A DNA stretch of 24,162 bases. Source: Ahniellaceae bacterium. GTDB taxonomy: Bacteria; Pseudomonadota; Gammaproteobacteria; Xanthomonadales; Ahniellaceae. Shown in pieces: positions 9,887 through 17,099 of the stretch. The first letter of the stretch is position 1, and every line of letters starts with the position of its first letter. Position numbers and translations under genes: made by a program. Where the stretch lies: the NCBI GenBank assembly GCA_046595765.1, contig JBKJSW010000120.1, positions 1-24,162 of the forward strand, read 5' to 3'. The notes under the pieces were generated by a model that saw nothing but the letters and a program-made list of their open reading frames with translations, was not told where the DNA came from and searched no databases.

Positions 9887-9907
9887 TTGTCGAGGTGGGA
9901 CTTCGCG

Positions 9908-12817
9908 CTACTGGCACACCTCGACGCGCAGGTTGTCGATTGACAGACCGTTGCTGGCCGGCGGATTCGCGACCGTGTTGGCGTCTGATGTCGCGCGGAA
10001 TCGCACCTGGATGGTCTGGCCGATGAAACTGTCCAGATCGACGATGGTGCGTTGTGCGGTATTGCCGGCAGGCGTGCGGCACCAGACATCGCGACCCGCC
10101 AACGGCGCACCCGGCAGGATCTGGCCGTTGTAGCTGTTGGTGAATACGCGATTCGCGCCCTGGTAAACCCAGTCGACCGCGCCAACGGGCTTGGCTTCGA
10201 GCGCCGCGCCATCCCAGCAGCCGGGAGGAGCGTCGATTTCGAAGCTGTGGTACGCGTCAAACGACAGGATCACGGCCTGTGCATTGGCCGGGATCACCAC
10301 GTTCGGCGAGGTCAGCGTCTGGTCGCTGGTCAGCGCGTTGTTCGGCACGCGCCAGACAGTCGTCGAGAGTCCGGTGCCCGCCGGGGCCGCCTGCTGCGCC
10401 CACGGGTTCGGACCGGTTCCGACCGGCACCCAGCCATTGAGCCCCGACTCGAACGCGTCCTGCAGGACGATGTTCGCGGTCGTGCCCGTCGGGCATTGGC
10501 CCGGCACGCCGGTGGTAAACGAACGCGTCGCCGACACCGGGCCGTTGCCGCAGTAGTTGCTCGGACGCACGCGCCAGAAATACTGCGTCGACGGCGTCAG
10601 GCCGATGTTGACCGTCCACGAGTTACCGGTGACGGCCGCGCTCGCGACCACCGTGGTGAATGCGGCGCTGGTGCCCACTTCGACGAAGTAGCTGAGGGCG
10701 CCGGGCACCGCGTTCCAGCTCAGTACCGGACGCACCTGCAGGCCGGTTGCGCCTGCTGCGGGCGCGACCAGCGTCGGCGTCGCCGGCGCTGCCGACGATA
10801 CGCCGAGGCTGAGGGCGAGCGCGCGCTGCTCGGCTCCGGCCGTGGCGGTGACGGTGGTGCTGTACTCGCCCGACGCGAGCGTGTTCGCACCCTGCAGCGT
10901 CAAGGTGCTCGTGCCTGGCGTCGGATTGATGATCGCCGGGGAGAACTGCGCGGTGACCCCGGCCGGCTGCGCGGACGCGGACAGCGTAACGGCGCTGTTG
11001 AAGCCGTCGAGCACGCCAACACGCAGCGCAAATGTCGGATTGGCCGGCGTCGGCGTGCCGCAGATCTGCAGGCGCGTCGGCGAGTCGGCAACCAAATCGA
11101 AGGTCGGCAGCCCGCAGTTCGGGAACTTGAAAGAGCACACACGCGTGGTCCAGCCGCTGTTGGACGTGACGGCGTAGTACTCGCTGGTGAACCAGAACGT
11201 GCACTCGTCGGCCGGGTCCACGCTCATCGAGGCATAGTCGCCCCAGCGCCCGTCGGTGCGAAGCTGGCTACCGGTGACAGGGGGAGTGCAGGTCTGCTCG
11301 TCGCGCATGGTGCCATTGGGATCGCTGAGATCCCGGCCCGTGATGCGCAGTTGCGGCGACAGGGTGGCGCCACCGACCGAATAACCGAGCCCGAGGTTGC
11401 CGGTACGGTCGATGGCGATGGCGCCAATCCAACGGGAGTTCGAGTCCGGTGCGTAGGTGCCCTCGTCCTTGATGGCCTTGGTCGCGGCACGCACGGGGTC
11501 AGGTTCGAAACCGCTTGCGAAGAGCACATTGACCGGCTGCGAAGGTAGCGTGCCCGGCCGAAGGTTGAAGTTGACCCACTTCACGCCGCCGTTGGCGGCA
11601 CTGCCGTTGACGTAGTGGTTGATCACTGCGGACAAAGGCGTGGGCGCTCCCGCCGGGAACGCTCGCGCGGTGGCGCGGTACATGGTGTTGGATCCGAACG
11701 AGTCGAGGGTTGACGTCGTTCCGAGCTGCGCAACGTCGTCGAAATTCGGTACGAAAGGAGTGCGGGCCGTCAGACGCTGCGGCTGCGCAGACAGTGTGCT
11801 CGAACCCGCGGCATCCCAGCGCATGCACATGTCCCACAAGAGGTACTGGCTTGCAAACGCGTCGAAGTGCACGAATACGGGACAGGTGCCCGCCGGCGCC
11901 GGGTTCGGTCCTTCAAGGTGGAGCGGCAACGCGCCGTAGCTCGCGGAGGTGCTGCCATCGACGGCGATGCCGGGAAATCGCACCATCTGTGCCGGCAGGC
12001 CCTGCAGCATCTTGTCCCGTTCGAAAGCGACGAAGGACGCGCCCTGGAACGCCCCCGCGAAATCGTGCGTCACCATCAGATAGGCATTCTGCGAATCCTG
12101 CGAATCGGTCCAGACACCGAGGTGCGGGTAGTCGCCGAAGATAGGCAGATTGAACTGGTACCGGTAGTAGGTTCCGAGCGGATCGGAGGTTGTCGAAATG
12201 GCCACGCATTGCGCGAACGGCGAATTGCTGAGGAACTGCGACATGACCCACCGTTGCGCGCGGTCGTCCCACAAGGCGATCGGGTCGCCGGCATTCGTCG
12301 CCTCACAGGGGCCACCAAAACCCGCCCAGAAGGAATTGCCGTTGGTGGGCCCGGAAATACGTGCGCCCGTGGTCTTGTTGTAGATGGCCCACTGCGAATT
12401 CACCCACTGGATGAAATGCGCGGGGCTGACGTCACCGTTGGTATCGGGAGGAACGCCCCCGTTGACGCTCTGACCCTGGAACGAGACGATTGTGCTCGGA
12501 GCAGGCGTTCCCGTGGGTTCGTCCTGCACGCCGAAGCGCGCCGCTTCCCTGACCTCTGGGAGAATCTCGCCGGCCCGCGGCTGCTTCGGAAAGATGTTCG
12601 GAATCGCCCTGGGCGGTCCGCCGGTCTGGTTCGGCACTGCGGCAGCCTCGGCCACGATGTCCCGCATCGGACGCGACTCGTCGAAACGCGCCGCCTGCGA
12701 AACCTGCGGAGCGAGCGCTGTAGGCGCCGCGTCAGCCGCAATGGCCGCGCCGCTGAATGCCGGCAGCAGACTGCACGTCAGCAGCGTGCCCACAATCTCT
12801 TTCGACCAACGATTCAT
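9908..12817 (-). CDS. Large secreted Cys-rich multidomain protein of unknown function (uncharacterised beta-rich N-terminal domain, Ig/FN3-like domains, C-terminal jelly-roll module), 969 aa
   Basis: ATG 12817 with GGGGAG 7 nt upstream, then a signal peptide. Motifs 'PPDTNGDVSPAHFIQWVN', 'GDPIALWD...QRWVMSQF', 'CVAISTTSDPLG', 'DYPHLGVW', 'RWGDYASMSVDP.DECTFWFTSEY'. FN3-like 'LSWNAVPGALSYFVEV...YFWRVRPSN.CG'. Confidence 0.8.
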   Translation of the reverse strand: MNRWSKEIVGTLLTCSLLPAFSGAAIAADAAPTALAPQVSQAARFDESRPMRDIVAEAAAVPNQTGGPPRAIPNIFPKQPRAGEILPEVREAARFGVQDEPTGTPAPSTIVSFQGQSVNGGVPPDTNGDVSPAHFIQWVNSQWAIYNKTTGARISGPTNGNSFWAGFGGPCEATNAGDPIALWDDRAQRWVMSQFLSNSPFAQCVAISTTSDPLGTYYRYQFNLPIFGDYPHLGVWTDSQDSQNAYLMVTHDFAGAFQGASFVAFERDKMLQGLPAQMVRFPGIAVDGSTSASYGALPLHLEGPNPAPAGTCPVFVHFDAFASQYLLWDMCMRWDAAGSSTLSAQPQRLTARTPFVPNFDDVAQLGTTSTLDSFGSNTMYRATARAFPAGAPTPLSAVINHYVNGSAANGGVKWVNFNLRPGTLPSQPVNVLFASGFEPDPVRAATKAIKDEGTYAPDSNSRWIGAIAIDRTGNLGLGYSVGGATLSPQLRITGRDLSDPNGTMRDEQTCTPPVTGSQLRTDGRWGDYASMSVDPADECTFWFTSEYYAVTSNSGWTTRVCSFKFPNCGLPTFDLVADSPTRLQICGTPTPANPTFALRVGVLDGFNSAVTLSASAQPAGVTAQFSPAIINPTPGTSTLTLQGANTLASGEYSTTVTATAGAEQRALALSLGVSSAAPATPTLVAPAAGATGLQVRPVLSWNAVPGALSYFVEVGTSAAFTTVVASAAVTGNSWTVNIGLTPSTQYFWRVRPSNYCGNGPVSATRSFTTGVPGQCPTGTTANIVLQDAFESGLNGWVPVGTGPNPWAQQAAPAGTGLSTTVWRVPNNALTSDQTLTSPNVVIPANAQAVILSFDAYHSFEIDAPPGCWDGAALEAKPVGAVDWVYQGANRVFTNSYNGQILPGAPLAGRDVWCRTPAGNTAQRTIVDLDSFIGQTIQVRFRATSDANTVANPPASNGLSIDNLRVEVCQ

Positions 12818-12880
12818 GACCTGACTCCCCAAACGATTTCAAACAAATTCCCGTTGCCCCGATTAGGGCGATGCGGATTC

Positions 12881-13912
12881 TTACCCGTGTCCTTTTTCGG
12901 CCGCGCTTGCGGCTTGGAGCGCGTCCTGCATGATTGTAAGGCGCCGCAAATGGTCTCGCAGGAACTCCCTGGTTGCCGGAGTGAGTCCTGCCCGCACCAG
13001 CGCCTCCTCGGCGGCTCCTCGCTCCCGCTCTGGCGCCGAGCGCCGAATCGCCAGCAGCGCCGGTTCCACAAGGCCAACCTGCGCGCTGGCGAGCCAGCGC
13101 CGAGCGCTCCCGAGCGGAACCTTGCGGTCACCCCTTTCCAACACGTTGAAGGAAGTGCGCACCAGGTTCGGCAGCAGGCTCAGCGGAGCATCGACTTCGC
13201 CGACATTTGCATTGGCGATGATTCCGAGCGCAGCGTCGATTGGCCATCGCGCGCCGAACTGAGCGGGATGTGCCGCGGCCACGTTTAGGATCGACGACCG
13301 TGCCGAGGGATGCGCCGCGCCATCATTCACGAATCGCGCGATCTCTTTTCGATCGCCGGACTTCAGCAGTGCGTGGAGCGGCTTGCGCAGCGCCAGCTCC
13401 GCCGCGAAAAAATTCTGCTGCATCAGGTCCTCAGACCGCAATCCTTCGACGATCCTGTCGACCCAAGGGCGGCTGGCCGCCAAGGATTCGTCTGGCTTCA
13501 CAAGCAATGCACGAGCCTGCTGCGTGTCGTGGAATAGCGCAGGCTCCAGCCCTTCGCCCACCAGGATCAACGCCCCCTCCGGTCGCAGTTCGAGCGTCCT
13601 CGGCCGCGTCGGACTGCGGCGATAAAGTGTGTAGGCGACCAGCACGCGCTGGTCAGTCTCGAAGCCGTCGAGCCATTGCCGCGCCGTGCGGACCTGGAGA
13701 TCCGCGGGTGGCGGCGTGCCGCTCAACGTTTCGCGTACGCGTAACGAAAGCGTTCCGTCCGCGTCGATCTTCGCCACCTCTGCGGCGACGATCGAGTGTT
13801 CCGCCTTGAACAGGAACTTGCTCGGCGGATCGATGATCGCGGCGCCGGCGGGTTGCACAAACACGGCGATGAGGCCAGCAAGCACCAGAGTTCGGATGGA
13901 GGACAGCGTCAT
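12881..13912 (-). CDS. Hypothetical secreted protein, beta-rich N-terminal domain plus helical-repeat-like C-terminal domain, 343 aa
   Basis: ATG 13912 gives a clean signal peptide (MTLSSIRTLVLAGLIAVFVQPAGA). Protein-like composition. Only 63 bp upstream of the 969-aa gene on the same strand. Confidence 0.7.
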   Translation of the reverse strand: MTLSSIRTLVLAGLIAVFVQPAGAAIIDPPSKFLFKAEHSIVAAEVAKIDADGTLSLRVRETLSGTPPPADLQVRTARQWLDGFETDQRVLVAYTLYRRSPTRPRTLELRPEGALILVGEGLEPALFHDTQQARALLVKPDESLAASRPWVDRIVEGLRSEDLMQQNFFAAELALRKPLHALLKSGDRKEIARFVNDGAAHPSARSSILNVAAAHPAQFGARWPIDAALGIIANANVGEVDAPLSLLPNLVRTSFNVLERGDRKVPLGSARRWLASAQVGLVEPALLAIRRSAPERERGAAEEALVRAGLTPATREFLRDHLRRLTIMQDALQAASAAEKGHG

Positions 13913-14229
13913 GCAGAACAGCCGTGCTCGACTATGAGCCCACCACGGTAACGGTGGAAAACGCTGTTCGCAAGCTGAATCCGGGCTTTTGACCAATCAT
14001 GAAATGACGTCGCAATTCGTCACCAACCACGGCTCGGATGCCCCGATTGGTAAGCGATCGTGGAGTGCGATGGGTCGTGCCCAAACGACACCCCAGCCAA
14101 TCCCGGCAGCAAACGGCCTTCCGCGCTATACTCCCGCGTTCGCCGCGACGCCACCGACTCGCCCAGCGCCATGCGCCATGGGCTCGAGGCTTTGCGCGCC
14201 TCATTTCGCACCACCTCTGGAGCTTCCCC

Positions 14230-14535
14230 ATGGCCATCGCCAAGCCCGCAGCAACCACCCGGACCGGCCCCAACTCACGCGGCGGCTCCGATCCGTTCGC
14301 CGACAAGCGTCTGACCAGCGGTCGCATTTCCTCCGACATCACGGATTTCGAGCGCCTGGGCGGCAAGGTCGAAGTGCTCGGCATCACGCGCGACTGGTAC
14401 AAGCCGTCCGCGCCCTCGGCGCGTTCGAACAAATCTGCCGCGAAGACCGCGCCAGCTGCTCCCGGCGCAACTGTGGTTGCCGCTGCCGCGCCGGCGGCAC
14501 CGCGCAAGCGCGTGCGCACGCCCGCCAAGCGCTGA
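14230..14535 (+). CDS. Small basic protein with an 'I..D...F...GGKVEVLG' core and Ala/Pro/Lys tails, 101 aa (SutA-like core)
   Basis: GGAG at 14219-14222, 7 nt before ATG 14230. TATACT candidate -10 at 14127-14132. The core motif resembles small conserved Xanthomonadales proteins (from recall). Confidence 0.7.
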   Translation: MAIAKPAATTRTGPNSRGGSDPFADKRLTSGRISSDITDFERLGGKVEVLGITRDWYKPSAPSARSNKSAAKTAPAAPGATVVAAAAPAAPRKRVRTPAKR

Positions 14536-14693
14536 TTACTGCGCGAGCTTTAGGATCCCCGCGCGGCTGTTCTCGAGCTGCCTGGTTCTTTCGCGCTTTT
14601 AAGTGGCCGCGGCGGGCGCACCCGCCCGCGTAGCCGGCACGCCTGATCGTTTAGACTCCACCGCCACGGCTATCGCCGGGCGGGGGTTGACGC

Positions 14694-17069
14694 GTGCGCT
14701 TCGAATCGGGATCGATGTTCGCGGGCTATACGGTGGTGTCGCGCCTCGGGCGCGGCGGCATGGCGACCGTGTACCTGGTCCGCGAAGTGGGCCTCGACCG
14801 CCTCGTGGCCCTGAAGGTGCTGCCCGAACAACTGGTGGACGACCAGCAATTCGGCGGGCGCTTCGAACAGGAAGCGCGCGTGATCGGCAGCCTCGACCAC
14901 CCTCACATCATTCCGTTGTACCGATACGGCATCACCGAGGACGTGCCGTGGATGGCTCTGCGTTACGTCGACGGCGGCGACTTCGCGGCGCGGCTGATCG
15001 CGCGTCCGCTGGCACTGGCCGAGGGCTTCGCGATCCTGCGCGGCGTGGCGAGCGCACTCGACTACGCGCATCGCAAGAGCGTGGTGCATCGCGACATCAA
15101 GCCGCAGAACATCCTGCTGACCAGCGAAGGCAATTCCTACCTTGCCGACTTCGGGGTAGCCAAGCTGCTGCAGGCATCGAACGTGTCGCACACGTTGATC
15201 GGCGGCATCGTGGGCTCGCCGGCCTACATGGCGCCCGAGCAGGCGCAGGGTCACGCGATCGGCCCGCACACCGACATCTACTCCCTCGCGGTGATCTGTT
15301 TCCAGTGGCTGACCGGCGGCCTGCCGTTCGAGGCCGACACCCCACACGCGATCCTGTTGAAGCACGTCCTCGAACCGCTGCCTACGCACGCGCTCGGAAT
15401 GCTCGCGCCGCCCGTCGCCGTGGCCCTGCAGCGCGGCATGGCCAAGAAGCCGGAGGATCGCTTCGCCACCGCCGGCCTGCTGATCGCGGCGCTCGAGCAG
15501 GCGATGTATGCGCCGATGACAATGAGCTACGACGGCTTGCCGGCATTGACACCGTCCGGTCTGCGGGCGGTCAGCGGCGTGGACGCCCGCATCGACTCGC
15601 AGACGACACTGTCGCGGCCCGTCGATGCACGGCTCGATACGCCGACGACGCTGTCGAGGGCGGTGGTGGAACCGCTGCGCCCACCCTACCCGCCGCCCCT
15701 GCCCCCGCCTGCGCCGGCACCCACCCCGCCAACCCCGGCGCCACCGGCGCCTGTGCTACCCGCAGCGCCTCCGTTGGTTGCGCTCGAGCCCATGCCCCGC
15801 GCGACGCCGCGTCTCGAACCGATCGCCGCGCCGATTCCTGCACCGGTTCCCACGGCAAGCTTTCCGCCACCGCCGCAACTGCGCCAGCCCGCCGAACCAG
15901 CCTCGGCGTCCCTGAAAACCGGCCATACCGCGGAGCCGATCAGCCGCCTCAGCGCGATGATGCAGTCGCTGAACTCACCCGCGGCCGCATCCGTGCCGTC
16001 GCCAAAGGTGGAAGATGCAGCGGCCGAAGGCATGTGGGCGCAGCTCCGTCGGCCGCTGGCGTTTGGCGCGCTCGGCGCAGCGCTGCTGATCGGAGCGTAT
16101 GCGAGCTGGCGGTTGCTCATGGCCGACCCGGCGGTTCCGTCTGCGGACGTGGCGGGGTCGACGTCGGCTCCAGTCGCTGAAACCGGATCCGAGCCCGAGT
16201 CCTCAACCTCCGCTTCCTCACCCGAAGCCTCGGTGGAAGAGCGGGCGGAAGCGCGGGCGGCCCTCAAGCGCGAGCTCGAACGCGCGGAAGGTCTGCGCAC
16301 CGGTGCGACCGACGGTTCGGACCCCGCCGCGACCACAACAGCACCCACTCCGGATCCTGCCCTGGCGGCGCAGCGACTGGCCACGGAGCGGCTCGAAGCC
16401 GACCAACGCGCAGCACGGCTCCTCGAGGAAAAACGCGTGGCAGCACAGCGCAAGGCTGAAATCCTCGCGGCGCAGAAACCTGTCGCTCAGCCCGCGGCGA
16501 AGCCAACCGCCGCAGCCGCGCCGCCCGCCACTGCGGTGCGCGCGCCGCCGCCGACGAGCCCCGCTACGCAAGCCCAGCCGGCACCGCCGCCGGTCGTGAC
16601 CGCACCACCCGTGACCGCACCACCCGTGACCGCACCACCCGTGACAGCGCCGGTCGTGGCGGCGCCGCGGCCGGCATCTGGCGCCACCCCGCAAGCTGTC
16701 GGCGGTTTCGTCGACAAGGGCGGCGGAGTGCTCACCGACACGCGCAACGGCACTGAATGGTCGCAGTCCGACAATGGCTCGAGCATCGACTGGAAAGATG
16801 CGCAGCGCCATTGCCGCAAGCGCGGTTCTGGCTGGCGGCTGCCGAACGGTAGCGAGCTGGTCGGAATCATCGGCCGCGGCGGGTCCACCAGCTGCGGCAA
16901 CAAGTCATGCCGCGTGTCGCCACTGTTCAACCTCAGCGGCTCGTCGTTCTGGACCTCGGAAAAGCGCGGCAGAACCCTGTCGATGGTGGTCTATCTCAAC
17001 ACCGGTAGCGCCGAGGCGCTTCCGGTCGATCGCGGTTCGCCGCGCTCGCTCTGCGTTCGCAAGCCGTGA
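14694..17069 (+). CDS. Membrane Hanks-type (PknB-like) Ser/Thr protein kinase with a C-terminal DUF1566/Lcl-like domain, 791 aa
   Basis: LGRGGMATVY, ALKVL, VHRDIKPQNIL, LADFGVAK, GSPAYMAPEQ and TDIYSL are all intact. Pro-rich linker, single TM (LAFGALGAALLIGAYASW), coiled coil, then 'VLTDTRNGTEWSQ.....DWKDAQRHC.....GWRLPNGSEL..I'. Confidence 0.9.
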   Translation: MRFESGSMFAGYTVVSRLGRGGMATVYLVREVGLDRLVALKVLPEQLVDDQQFGGRFEQEARVIGSLDHPHIIPLYRYGITEDVPWMALRYVDGGDFAARLIARPLALAEGFAILRGVASALDYAHRKSVVHRDIKPQNILLTSEGNSYLADFGVAKLLQASNVSHTLIGGIVGSPAYMAPEQAQGHAIGPHTDIYSLAVICFQWLTGGLPFEADTPHAILLKHVLEPLPTHALGMLAPPVAVALQRGMAKKPEDRFATAGLLIAALEQAMYAPMTMSYDGLPALTPSGLRAVSGVDARIDSQTTLSRPVDARLDTPTTLSRAVVEPLRPPYPPPLPPPAPAPTPPTPAPPAPVLPAAPPLVALEPMPRATPRLEPIAAPIPAPVPTASFPPPPQLRQPAEPASASLKTGHTAEPISRLSAMMQSLNSPAAASVPSPKVEDAAAEGMWAQLRRPLAFGALGAALLIGAYASWRLLMADPAVPSADVAGSTSAPVAETGSEPESSTSASSPEASVEERAEARAALKRELERAEGLRTGATDGSDPAATTTAPTPDPALAAQRLATERLEADQRAARLLEEKRVAAQRKAEILAAQKPVAQPAAKPTAAAAPPATAVRAPPPTSPATQAQPAPPPVVTAPPVTAPPVTAPPVTAPVVAAPRPASGATPQAVGGFVDKGGGVLTDTRNGTEWSQSDNGSSIDWKDAQRHCRKRGSGWRLPNGSELVGIIGRGGSTSCGNKSCRVSPLFNLSGSSFWTSEKRGRTLSMVVYLNTGSAEALPVDRGSPRSLCVRKP
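15582..15659 (+). repeat. Duplicated 14-aa unit in the kinase linker (DARIDSQTTLSRPV / DARLDTPTTLSR)
   Basis: Two tandem copies, conserved at protein level and diverged at synonymous sites. Confidence 0.75.
16596..16645 (+). repeat. 15-bp tandem repeat GTGACCGCACCACCC (x3 plus a partial copy) encoding VTAPP in the kinase stalk
   Basis: Three identical copies at 16596, 16611 and 16626, followed by GTGAC. Confidence 0.9.
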
Positions 17070-17099
17070 GCAGACAACAGCAACCGCGCCGACTGGTTG

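Noticed and set aside
13658-13675. WLDGFE in the 343-aa protein as a fourth FxxxFE-type tag
   Set aside because: It lies within a predicted beta-barrel, just before a 'RVLVAY' strand, where a hydrophobic residue is structurally expected. It does not match the [VL]FA start of the other three. Worth rechecking only if an HMM scores it.
16596-16645. Tandem repeats as a CRISPR array
   Set aside because: There are no spacers, the repeats are in-frame coding sequence, and there are no cas genes.
16700-17069. DUF1566/C-type-lectin-like C-terminus as a diversity-generating retroelement target
   Set aside because: No reverse transcriptase and no second copy (template repeat) differing at adenines in this window.
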